60,634 bases of DNA. It comes from a virus (taxonomy: Duplodnaviria; Caudoviricetes). Of the stretch, positions 9,115 to 17,274 are shown piece by piece. Positions within the stretch are counted from its first letter, which is position 1, and each line of letters opens with the position of its first letter. Position numbers and translations under genes: made by a program. The notes below the pieces were generated by a model. It was not told the origin of the DNA. It saw nothing but the letters and a program-made list of their open reading frames with translations, and ran no database searches. The DNA is taken from positions 1 to 60,634 of IMG/VR virus record IMGVR_UViG_3300033142_002332; one strand, written 5' to 3'.

Positions 9115-10392
9115 ATGAGTTTTATTTATAAAGCTAGTGTATTTTTTAGTGTTTTTTTTGTTTCTTTACGATTGAGCGGTTCTCCTGAAAATTCTTTTTC
9201 AAGATGTTTTAGAACCTTTGACCCTGGTTTGAGTGATATTAGGGGTTTTGATTTTAGCCCTCGTGGCGATTCAATTGCATTTGTTGATGGTAGAGGGAGC
9301 TTTTTATCTCGAGATAATGTCTTTTCTAGTCTTGATAATAGGAATTTTAATCGAGTTTCTGAATTTATTTTTAAGCATGGGGCTCATGATATAAAGTTTT
9401 CTCCTGATGGAAAATTCATACTAGTTTGTAATGATAGAGGATGGCTTGGTTTATTAGATAATTCAAGTTTTGAAGTTAAAAATTTTAAAGCTTGGAATGT
9501 GGACTTTAATTTAATTGATTTCAGCCCCGATGGATTTCACTTTATAGCTGGGGGGGTTGGAAGGGATGAACATTTAATATATTTATTTAATTTAGAAGGA
9601 GAGGTGATAAGGATTTTTAAGGGACATTCTGGCAAGATAACAAGGCTCAAATATAGCCCAGATGGAAAGTCTTTTATTTCTGGTAGTACAACAGGAACTA
9701 TAAATATTTGGACTGTTGACGGTGAATTATTAAAGACTGTTAATTATGTTTCGTCAGCAGTATCCTTGTTAGATTTTCCAGCAAAAATTGTTGGTTTAGA
9801 TTTTTCGTCATCAGGTAAATTTTTTATGTCTTGTGATGCTTGGGGAGAAGTCAAGCAGTGGACTTCTAGGGGTGTTTTAAGTCGCGTGTTTCAATCTGAT
9901 ATTGAGGGGGTTGATATTGCGGAATTTAATCCTAATGGACAAGACCTTCTTATGGGAGGGTCTGGAAAGGTTGAATGGTGGAGTTCAGAGGGTCATTTAA
10001 AAGAAACCTTTAATAGGTTTGCAGGCCTAGTAAAAGACTTGAATTATAGACCTGACGGAGATGGTTTTTTGGCTTTATTTGAGAGGGGCGGCGTTAAGTT
10101 TTGGTTTTTAAGACCAGCATTTCAAACAAACCCTAGTGCTATAGCTAATATTTTTCCTACTGTAGGGAAAGCCCCCTTTACAGTATTTTTAGATGGTCTT
10201 GGTTCTCATGATCTTAATGATCGTGGACACATTTTGGATCATGTTTGGAAGATCTCAGATGGTAGGGTTTTAGAGGGTGGATATCGAAAACTTAAGTTTA
10301 AAAGATCTGGTGTTTATACGGTTACTTTGACTGTAACAAATAGAAGAGGTAACAGTGAGACAAGTTTTGAAAAGTATATTTTTGTTGACTAG
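9115..10392 (+). CDS. Exported WD40 beta-propeller protein with C-terminal PKD domain
   Basis: Hydrophobic N-terminus; repeated FSPDG / GHSGKITRLKYSPDGKSFISGS..GTINIW units; PKD signature G.APFTVFLDG..S.D...W...GVYTVTLTVTN. Confidence 0.85.
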   Translation: MSFIYKASVFFSVFFVSLRLSGSPENSFSRCFRTFDPGLSDIRGFDFSPRGDSIAFVDGRGSFLSRDNVFSSLDNRNFNRVSEFIFKHGAHDIKFSPDGKFILVCNDRGWLGLLDNSSFEVKNFKAWNVDFNLIDFSPDGFHFIAGGVGRDEHLIYLFNLEGEVIRIFKGHSGKITRLKYSPDGKSFISGSTTGTINIWTVDGELLKTVNYVSSAVSLLDFPAKIVGLDFSSSGKFFMSCDAWGEVKQWTSRGVLSRVFQSDIEGVDIAEFNPNGQDLLMGGSGKVEWWSSEGHLKETFNRFAGLVKDLNYRPDGDGFLALFERGGVKFWFLRPAFQTNPSAIANIFPTVGKAPFTVFLDGLGSHDLNDRGHILDHVWKISDGRVLEGGYRKLKFKRSGVYTVTLTVTNRRGNSETSFEKYIFVD

Positions 10393-10566
10393 TGAAAAAA
10401 TGTTTAATAATAAAAAATTACTTAAAGAAAAATTATTAAATAAATACCAAGGTATTTATTTATTGAAATGTAGTATAAAAAAGTTTAATAATAAAAAGAG
10501 TTTTTATAAAATTAGTAATGATAGTGCCAGGGTAACTATCATTAAATTGAATAAGGAAAAGTTGTT

Positions 10567-11151
10567 ATGATATATATTGTTATACAAAGATTAGTTATTT
10601 TATGTTTATTAGCTCAAGGGTTGGTTGTTACGGGCAGTGCTTCAGAAAAACATTTAAGGTTTTTAAGTCGTAATAAGCAAAAGTGCATTCATAGTGCCAA
10701 AGCTTATAGGTGCGTTGAATACGTTAGTAATAAAAGCGGAAATACGGTTAAATTTAATATACATGGCATAGGGGATAGGCTAACCGTTCATTTAACAGGA
10801 ATAGAAACCCCAAAGATAAAACCTAATCGTAAACAATCTAAAAAGTCTGAAAAATGTGAGATATCTAGGGCTAGAGATTTAAGCTATCTTGTTTCAGATT
10901 TGCTTAATAATGCTAGAGAGATTCACCTTATTGGACCTAAAAGGAGAAAGGGTAAAGCTTATATTTCTGATATTGTTTTTGATAGAAAAAGTCTAGTAGC
11001 TTTACTATTGATGCATGAATATGGTTTTATATCTAATAATAAAGATATAAATTGGTGTACTAAGCCTGAAAAAATTACTTATGGAAATAGTGTTTTTTTT
11101 GAATCTAAAAAGGAAAAACGTAGTAAAAAAGAATTAAAAAGCAACACATAA
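10567..11151 (+). CDS. Degenerate thermonuclease (SNase-fold) paralog with signal peptide
   Basis: Colinear with the next gene (RCVEYV, GI.TP..P.RKQSK.S..CE..AR, I.WC) but DGDT is SGNT, VRL is VHL, GIDTPE is GIETPK. Confidence 0.75.
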   Translation: MIYIVIQRLVILCLLAQGLVVTGSASEKHLRFLSRNKQKCIHSAKAYRCVEYVSNKSGNTVKFNIHGIGDRLTVHLTGIETPKIKPNRKQSKKSEKCEISRARDLSYLVSDLLNNAREIHLIGPKRRKGKAYISDIVFDRKSLVALLLMHEYGFISNNKDINWCTKPEKITYGNSVFFESKKEKRSKKELKSNT

Positions 11152-11171
11152 ATTAAAATGGGTAAGGTCAC

Positions 11172-11741
11172 ATGAACTATAGCAGCTTAAAAAGAAAATT
11201 AGTTAATATATTATGTATATTGTTTTTAGTTATGTTAGTTACAGGTATATCTAAAAAAAGCGGTTACTTAAAGAGCAATAATGGTTCATGTGAACATGAT
11301 ATTGTTGGATTTAGATGCGTTGAATATGTTAAAAATTATGACGGTGACACGATCACTTTTAATATAAAAGGAGTCCATCCCATTATAGGTAAGAGAATAT
11401 CAGTCCGTCTATTTGGTATTGATACACCTGAGATGCGTCCTAAACGTAAACAATCTAAAGAGTCTAAGGCTTGTGAAAAAGCTAAGGCAAGGGAAGTAAA
11501 GGATTATGTTGCTGGCATTCTTAAGAATGCTGATAGAATTGATATTGTTGATCCTCAAAGAGGCAAATATTTTAGAATTGTGGGGTCTATAGTAGTTGAC
11601 GGAAAAGATTTAACTTTTTTATTATTGAATAAAGGGTACGGATATTCTTATTTAGGTGGTGCTAAAGAGAAGATAGACTGGTGTTTATATTCAAAAAAGA
11701 ATATAAACAAAAAGGTCTCTTTAGTTTTTTATAACAGTTAG
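11172..11741 (+). CDS. Thermonuclease (staphylococcal nuclease family) with N-terminal signal/anchor
   Basis: YDGDTI, VRLFGIDTPE and GKYFRIV catalytic motifs; hydrophobic N-terminus. Confidence 0.9.
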   Translation: MNYSSLKRKLVNILCILFLVMLVTGISKKSGYLKSNNGSCEHDIVGFRCVEYVKNYDGDTITFNIKGVHPIIGKRISVRLFGIDTPEMRPKRKQSKESKACEKAKAREVKDYVAGILKNADRIDIVDPQRGKYFRIVGSIVVDGKDLTFLLLNKGYGYSYLGGAKEKIDWCLYSKKNINKKVSLVFYNS

Positions 11742-11761
11742 TTATTATTTTCATTTAAGTG

Positions 11762-12232
11762 TTAACATCCTGTGATATTAATTGTTGAATCTACGCCTAG
11801 TTTTTCAGTGCAAGTATCTATAATTCTATATGTATTATGAGTTTTCTTATATTCCATATATGTATCTTTCAACTCGGAATTTGTTCGATCTTCATAAAGA
11901 TCTAAAAAGAAAATATTTATGCCTATTAAACATAAAGAAAACATCATAGTGCTAGCTGCAACATTCTCTGTTACGTGTTTAGTTAAAAACATTGAACCTA
12001 TAAATGCCACTAAACTAAAAATAATCGATATTCCTAGCTTAAATCTTGTTTTGCCTACTTCTTCTATTCTTTTGATAAATTGCTTTTGTAATTCTATTCT
12101 CATGTTAGTTCCTTCGTTGTTTTGTTTTTGATTGTTTGTTGTTTTGTTATTCATTTTGTTTTTTCTTTCTTTGTTTGTTGTTTTGTTATTCATTTTGTTT
12201 TTTCTTTCTTTGTTTGTTGTTTTGTTATTCAT
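11762..12232 (-). CDS. Two-TM membrane protein with repeat-derived N-terminal extension; core start probably 12103
   Basis: Two hydrophobic segments; first 43 codons come from the tandem repeat; GAAGGAACTAAC-ATG at 12103. Confidence 0.65.
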   Translation of the reverse strand: MNNKTTNKERKNKMNNKTTNKERKNKMNNKTTNNQKQNNEGTNMRIELQKQFIKRIEEVGKTRFKLGISIIFSLVAFIGSMFLTKHVTENVAASTMMFSLCLIGINIFFLDLYEDRTNSELKDTYMEYKKTHNTYRIIDTCTEKLGVDSTINITGC

Positions 12233-12253
12233 TTTGTTTTTTCTTTCTTTGTT
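12132..12253 (-). repeat. 39-bp tandem repeat, 3 perfect copies plus partial; related copy near 12565-12605
   Basis: Unit TTGTTTGTTGTTTTGTTATTCATTTTGTTTTTTCTTTCT at 12132, 12171, 12210; on the minus strand it reads as purine-rich leader + ATG (MNNKTTNKERKNK). Confidence 0.95.
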
Positions 12254-12278
12254 ATTTGTTATAATCCTAATGCAACAG

Positions 12279-12587
12279 CTAAAAGTTCTGGAAAAAATAA
12301 AATAAAAGTCCTGGACAAAGTAGAATACAAGATAAAGCTAGAGCAATTGTTATATGTGTAACTATTTCTTCTTTTTCTTTATCTTTTCTTTTTTGTTCTT
12401 TCTCTAATTGTATTTTTATATTGACTTTTTCTTCAATGAGTTTGTCTATTTTGCTACCCAAAGAATTATAACCAAAATAAAATGATGAATTTGTTTCAAA
12501 TAGTTTTTCTATTTCTTTATTAATTTCAATTATTCTTTCTTGTTCTTTTCTCATGTTAGTTCCTTTGTTTGTTGTTTTGTTATTCAT
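12279..12587 (-). CDS. Small coiled-coil protein with C-terminal TM helix; core start probably 12554
   Basis: Shares AGGAACTAAC-ATGAGA start with the neighbouring gene; hydrophobic C-terminus. Confidence 0.65.
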   Translation of the reverse strand: MNNKTTNKGTNMRKEQERIIEINKEIEKLFETNSSFYFGYNSLGSKIDKLIEEKVNIKIQLEKEQKRKDKEKEEIVTHITIALALSCILLCPGLLFYFFQNF

Positions 12588-12611
12588 TTTGTTTTTCCTT
12601 TCTTTGTTTTA

Positions 12612-12690
12612 TTGTTTTCGTTATTCATATTTTTAATATACATTATTAAAAAAGTTTGTCAAGTAAAATTTTAAACTTTTTTTATTTTTT
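12612..12690 (-). promoter_or_regulatory. Promoter cassette copy 1 (leftward)
   Basis: Minus strand: A-tract, TTGACA-N16-TATATT, then ATGAATAACG; one substitution relative to the other copies. Confidence 0.85.
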
Positions 12691-12710
12691 TTAAAATTAA
12701 TTTTAAAAGA

Positions 12711-12788
12711 TTGTTTGTTTTCGTTATTCATATTTCTAATATACATTATTAAAAAAGTTTGTCAAGTAAAATTTTAAACTTTTTTTAT
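12711..12788 (-). promoter_or_regulatory. Promoter cassette copy 2 (leftward)
   Basis: Exact reverse complement of 13274-13351 (78 bp). Confidence 0.85.
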
Positions 12789-12863
12789 ATTGTTTGTGAT
12801 TATTTTTTTATTAGTGTATTATTTGGTTATTTGTTTTTAGATAAATAACCAAAGGAGGGCGAG

Positions 12864-13175
12864 ATGAAGAAAAGGGATATTATAATAAAGGATAGAAAAG
12901 ACGGAGAGTTAATAATGAGAATAATAGAATTAGCTGAAGAAAAGTGGCATGGTGTATTTTACGATAGACCAACAGACCATATAGGATATTTAAAGTTATT
13001 CAGACCACCTGACGCTTTAGATTTTAGTAATAGGATGAGCAAATTGAATTTTGTGAGTAAAGGAAGAAAATTAACTTATAATAATGGCGAGCTGTTTGTT
13101 TATTTAGATGGTCCTTTTCTTGGGATAGTTAAAGAGAAAGCTTTAAATAGCCTATCTTGTATGTCTAAAATATAG
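12864..13175 (+). CDS. Hypothetical protein enclosed by the 78-bp inverted repeat
   Basis: 103 aa ORF with strong RBS AAGGAGG. Confidence 0.7.
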   Translation: MKKRDIIIKDRKDGELIMRIIELAEEKWHGVFYDRPTDHIGYLKLFRPPDALDFSNRMSKLNFVSKGRKLTYNNGELFVYLDGPFLGIVKEKALNSLSCMSKI

Positions 13176-13273
13176 AGGCAGATTATTTGTGTGCCTAGCA
13201 TTTATTTTAGTCTAGGTAGCTTAGCTATTTACATTTAAAAATCTTTTCATAAATTGCATCTGAATATTTTTAA

Positions 13274-13367
13274 ATAAAAAAAGTTTAAAATTTTACTTGA
13301 CAAACTTTTTTAATAATGTATATTAGAAATATGAATAACGAAAACAAACAAAAGGAAAAATAAAAAA
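13274..13367 (+). promoter_or_regulatory. Promoter cassette copy 3 with leader/RBS, driving the ParA-type gene
   Basis: TTGACA 13297-13302, TATATT 13319-13324, upstream A-tract, AAAGGA RBS before ATG 13368. Confidence 0.85.
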
Positions 13368-14318
13368 ATGAATAGCAAAATAATTTCTGTGTTTAACCAT
13401 AAAGGAGGTGTTGGGAAAACAACAACGGTTTTCAATTTAGGGAAAATAATGGCTAATTTAGGGAAAAGGGTTTTATTGGTTGATTCTGATCCCCAATGTA
13501 ATTTGACAAATTTAACAATAGGCTTAGATAACTTAGAGAAGTTTTATAGTAGTAAAAAAGAAACAAACATTTTTAATTGTCTTGCTACTGTTTTTGAGAT
13601 ACCAGGTTTTTTTTCTAATAATTCAAATGAAAAATATATCAAAGAGACAAAAACCAAAAACATGTATCTTTTAGCTGGCAATGTTAGATTTTCTGAATTA
13701 GATGTTATGTTATCAACTGCATTAACTAGTAATAAAACTTTGCCTATTTTAAAAAAATTTATTGGTTCTATAAATAAACTTATAATAGATATTGTTGATA
13801 AAAATAAAATTGACATAGTATTGATTGATATGAGCCCTAGTATATCTTCAACAAATGCTTGTATCTTAATGGGCTCTGATTACTTCATAATGCCTGTATC
13901 TCCAGATATTTTTTGTTGTCAGGCTATGGCAGCGTTATCTGTCATATTTTCACAATGGCATAAGGTTTTTGAGCAGTTTAGGGGATCAAGCGTTAAAAGT
14001 CTTTTACAAAAGAATCCTCCAAAACTAATAGGGATGATCTCTCAGAGTTATATTTTTAATAGTAGCTCTAAAAAATGGTTTGATAGGATAATAAAGGTAA
14101 TGAATGACGTGTTAATTCCTGAACTTAAAAAAAATAATATGGTTATAGACGAAAGTATTTTTAGTAAAGTTGCAACAGAAAATGGTTCTTATAATCTAAT
14201 TAACATCCCATACATTAAGTCACTAGAAACAGAAAGATTTATGACAAAAAACAATAAAGAGTTGTCTGAAAGTATTTTTACAAGACTAGAAGAAATAATA
14301 AGTAAATTAACAGCATAG
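13368..14318 (+). CDS. parA: ParA/Soj-family ATPase
   Basis: Deviant Walker [31 protein letters not shown]; no ParB recognisable next to it. Confidence 0.85.
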   Translation: MNSKIISVFNHKGGVGKTTTVFNLGKIMANLGKRVLLVDSDPQCNLTNLTIGLDNLEKFYSSKKETNIFNCLATVFEIPGFFSNNSNEKYIKETKTKNMYLLAGNVRFSELDVMLSTALTSNKTLPILKKFIGSINKLIIDIVDKNKIDIVLIDMSPSISSTNACILMGSDYFIMPVSPDIFCCQAMAALSVIFSQWHKVFEQFRGSSVKSLLQKNPPKLIGMISQSYIFNSSSKKWFDRIIKVMNDVLIPELKKNNMVIDESIFSKVATENGSYNLINIPYIKSLETERFMTKNNKELSESIFTRLEEIISKLTA

Positions 14319-14355
14319 GCCTTTTATTATTTTGTTAACTGATAGCGTAAGTAGC

Positions 14356-14454
14356 AAAAAAATAAAAAAAGTTTAAAATTTTACTTGACAAACTTTTTTA
14401 ATAATGTATATTAGAAATATGAATAACGAAACAAACAAAAGGAAAAATAAAAAA
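14356..14454 (+). promoter_or_regulatory. Promoter cassette copy 4 with leader/RBS, driving cheB
   Basis: TTGACA 14385-14390, TATATT 14407-14412; direct repeat of copy 3 with a 1-nt shorter leader. Confidence 0.85.
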
Positions 14455-15024
14455 ATGAATAAAATTATTGCCATAGGGTCATCAACTGGTGGAATAGCTG
14501 CTCTTACAGACTTATTAAAAAACCTTCCTACAGAAATACCTCCAGTTGTTATAGTACAGCACATACCTAAAGTGTTTTCTTTAAGTTTTGCAAACAGTCT
14601 TAATAAAATGTGTCCTTTTAAAGTAAAAGAAGCAGAAGACGGAGACGTTTTAAAAAAGAACACTGTTTATATAGCTCCAGGAGGAAAACAAACAAGAATT
14701 AGAAAAAGAGGATCCGACTTTGTTATTCTTGTAGTTGATGAAGAGCCTCATAATCATCATCGACCTAGCGTTGATATATTGTTTGACTCTGTAGCAAGGT
14801 ACATAAAAAATAGAGCAATTGGAGTTGTTTTAACAGGAATGGGAAAAGATGGAGCCAAAGGCCTTCTTAATATGAAAAAAGAAGGAGCCCTAACTATTGC
14901 TCAGGACGAAAAAACATCAGTGGTTTTTGGAATGCCAAAATCAGCTATAGCGATAGGTGGTGTCTCAAAGGTCTTACCTTTACAGCGTATTCCAAAACAG
15001 CTGATGGATTGGGTTAATTTATAA
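14455..15024 (+). CDS. cheB: Stand-alone CheB methylesterase domain (no receiver domain)
   Basis: IAIGSSTGG (Ser), VIVQHIP (His), HRPSVDILF, LTGMGKDGAKG (Asp), AQDEKTSVVFGMP; start set at the ATG after the cassette RBS (ORF track begins at 14404). Confidence 0.93.
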   Translation: MNKIIAIGSSTGGIAALTDLLKNLPTEIPPVVIVQHIPKVFSLSFANSLNKMCPFKVKEAEDGDVLKKNTVYIAPGGKQTRIRKRGSDFVILVVDEEPHNHHRPSVDILFDSVARYIKNRAIGVVLTGMGKDGAKGLLNMKKEGALTIAQDEKTSVVFGMPKSAIAIGGVSKVLPLQRIPKQLMDWVNL

Positions 15025-15042
15025 AAATGGAAAGTATAAACA

Positions 15043-15582
15043 ATGAAAACAGCTACTGAAGTAAAATTTACATCGTATGGTATGCCTATTGTTGTATATG
15101 AAATAATTAAAACTATTGATGGATTGGATATGACTATTTTTGATAATAGAAAGCATAAGCAGCTCGAATTAAAAAGGAGAATAAGAACACAGATAAGAGA
15201 AACAAGAGAAGAAGCCTTAAAAGAATACGCTAGCTGTTTTGAATTTGAAAGCTCAATAGAGGATCTTAACAAAGCCGAAATAAAAAACAAAATTGAAGAG
15301 TTTTTATCTTGTTATGATAGAATTTCAAAAGAAAATCTAAGAGAAATGGTTTTGTTCTTTGATGAACATCGAAAAGAGATAAAAGATAAAGTATTACGCT
15401 TTTTATTATTAGACGATCTTAGTGGTTTTTTAAATTACTTTAGAGAAAAAAACGAATTATATCTTGCTTCAAAAAAAGCTAAAGATCTGCATAATTACAT
15501 GTATAAGCGTTATAAAGGAGAGTATTATTGGTATATTAATAATAACCGTGAAGGTAATGATCTTAATTTAAGAGACCCTTAA
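15043..15582 (+). CDS. Hypothetical protein
   Basis: 179 aa ORF downstream of cheB; no motif recognised. Confidence 0.6.
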   Translation: MKTATEVKFTSYGMPIVVYEIIKTIDGLDMTIFDNRKHKQLELKRRIRTQIRETREEALKEYASCFEFESSIEDLNKAEIKNKIEEFLSCYDRISKENLREMVLFFDEHRKEIKDKVLRFLLLDDLSGFLNYFREKNELYLASKKAKDLHNYMYKRYKGEYYWYINNNREGNDLNLRDP

Positions 15583-15654
15583 AGGTACAAAATGAAAACA
15601 ATAACAAATAATAAAAGAGAGAAAAAATGGTTAATAAAATAAAGGATAAATTTT

Positions 15655-16035
15655 ATGTCTAATCTATCGTTAGAATATTGCAATGTTAAAAATAACATAA
15701 AAAAAGCATTAAAAGAAACAACTGGATATTACCCTTTTGAAAAAGATGAAGAACTATCAATTGAACATATGCTAAAAAACGGTGTTTATATCTATAAGGT
15801 ATTAAAAAAATTAGGTTTTAATGCAGTAAGGGCACAGTCAGAGTCTAGCTATTTAACAGAGTATCTAGAATATGGAGAGCCACCAAACATGAAAACACTT
15901 GTTGATAATAGGTATTTAATATTATATGTCATAGCTGGATATCAAGTATTTGACATACACCCTTTATTTTTGCATATAGATGGGGCATCTCCAGAGGAAG
16001 TAATTGAGTTTTTATTAAATCATGTGAGTGAGTAA
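15655..16035 (+). CDS. Hypothetical protein
   Basis: 126 aa ORF with AAGGA RBS. Confidence 0.6.
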   Translation: MSNLSLEYCNVKNNIKKALKETTGYYPFEKDEELSIEHMLKNGVYIYKVLKKLGFNAVRAQSESSYLTEYLEYGEPPNMKTLVDNRYLILYVIAGYQVFDIHPLFLHIDGASPEEVIEFLLNHVSE

Positions 16036-16076
16036 TTGTACGCATATGAATATTATAATAAAAAAATAATAAAGAT

Positions 16077-16376
16077 ATGAAAATAAAGGAGAAAACAATG
16101 ATTAAAGAAACGGTGTATTTAAATAGTGGCACAGATAAGCCTTTATCTAAAGAAGATATTTCCAATATAGCTAAAGATGTAGCTGTAAAATTAAATAAAG
16201 TTAAAGAAAAAATTTTAAAGTTTAAAGGATTACAAGAGATGTCGCCAGAAGCGACCAGATGTTTGAATGATTTTAAAGGTAATTTGTTGAATCTTTCAGA
16301 AAAATCTATAGAGTTAAGTGAAGAATTAAAGAAAGATATCTGTAAAAAAGGTATAATAAATAAAAAATACGCATAA
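16077..16376 (+). CDS. Hypothetical protein
   Basis: 99 aa ORF; AAGGAG RBS favours the ATG at 16098. Confidence 0.55.
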   Translation: MKIKEKTMIKETVYLNSGTDKPLSKEDISNIAKDVAVKLNKVKEKILKFKGLQEMSPEATRCLNDFKGNLLNLSEKSIELSEELKKDICKKGIINKKYA

Positions 16377-16574
16377 TGGAGAACTATAATTAATAATAAA
16401 AGGGGTATAGATAAAATAAAAAAAGAGTATCTAAAAGTATTAAGCTTTGAGACAATAGACTCATTTAATAAAGAAATCAGTTGTATAGAATATTTATGTC
16501 AACAAACGGAGTATATAGCGTATGAAAATAAAGAGGCTTTTAAATATTTAAATATACCTAAAGAATTTAAAAAG

Positions 16575-16883
16575 TTGGCTATTGATTTATTTATAGAATT
16601 AAATGAAGTAATTAGTGTCTATAGAGGTTTACGTAAAGAAGACATCATAAGATATTGTTTACGGCTTGATAGATTACCTGTGATAAATAGAATAATTCTG
16701 TCGTTTAAGGAAAAAGCTATAAAAGAAATATTAAACGCTAAAAACAAAGAAGACATTTTATCTTTAATGTTGGATTTTTTAAAAATGTCTTTAGAGTGTG
16801 GTTCGCTTTTTCTTGAATTGTTAAGTGATGTGTATTATGAAAATATAGAAGATATGGTTTTAAATTCACCTAAAGCTTCTTGA
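16575..16883 (+). CDS. Hypothetical protein, probably longer than called
   Basis: Frame is open back to 16377. Confidence 0.45.
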   Translation: MAIDLFIELNEVISVYRGLRKEDIIRYCLRLDRLPVINRIILSFKEKAIKEILNAKNKEDILSLMLDFLKMSLECGSLFLELLSDVYYENIEDMVLNSPKAS

Positions 16884-16908
16884 TTGTATATAGAAATAAG
16901 GAATTATT

Positions 16909-17274
16909 ATGCCCGAAAAAAATAACGTTATAAGTGTAGTTCATAATTTAAAAGCTAAAGGTTATGAAGATGTTATTGGAGACTGGGTAATGATGAGCAA
17001 AAATAAACCAAAAGAGCTATTAAGTGAAAAAGTAACTAACATATATGATAAAAACGAAACAACTCTTAACGATAGCAGTAAAGAAAAAATGATTAATTTT
17101 GATTTTAATATTAAAAGTGATAAAGATTATTCTTTAGTAAAAGATAAAGTAAATAAAGCTTTAGTTAGCTCTATAAATAAAGTCAGCAGTGCTTACGGAA
17201 GCGGAATTAATTTAAAAGTAACTATTTATGTAAAAAAGGAGTGCAATGAGTTTATAAAAAAACTAAAAAATTAA
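16909..17274 (+). CDS. Hypothetical protein
   Basis: 121 aa ORF with AAGGA RBS. Confidence 0.55.
   Translation: MPEKNNVISVVHNLKAKGYEDVIGDWVMMSKNKPKELLSEKVTNIYDKNETTLNDSSKEKMINFDFNIKSDKDYSLVKDKVNKALVSSINKVSSAYGSGINLKVTIYVKKECNEFIKKLKN

Noticed and set aside
10355-10570. 71-aa ORF between WD40 and SNase genes, and 27572-27790
   Set aside because: Low-complexity Lys-rich frames without RBS or motif; cannot be supported as genes.
12132-12253. CRISPR array
   Set aside because: Repeats are head-to-tail with no unique spacers, and no cas genes are present.
12711-13351. IS/MITE with terminal inverted repeats
   Set aside because: No transposase motif in the enclosed ORF, no evident target duplication, and the same element also occurs as direct copies with promoter consensus.
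14373-14663. Antisense ORF over cheB and cassette copy 4
   Set aside because: Hydrophobic tail is simply the reverse of the A-rich cassette.
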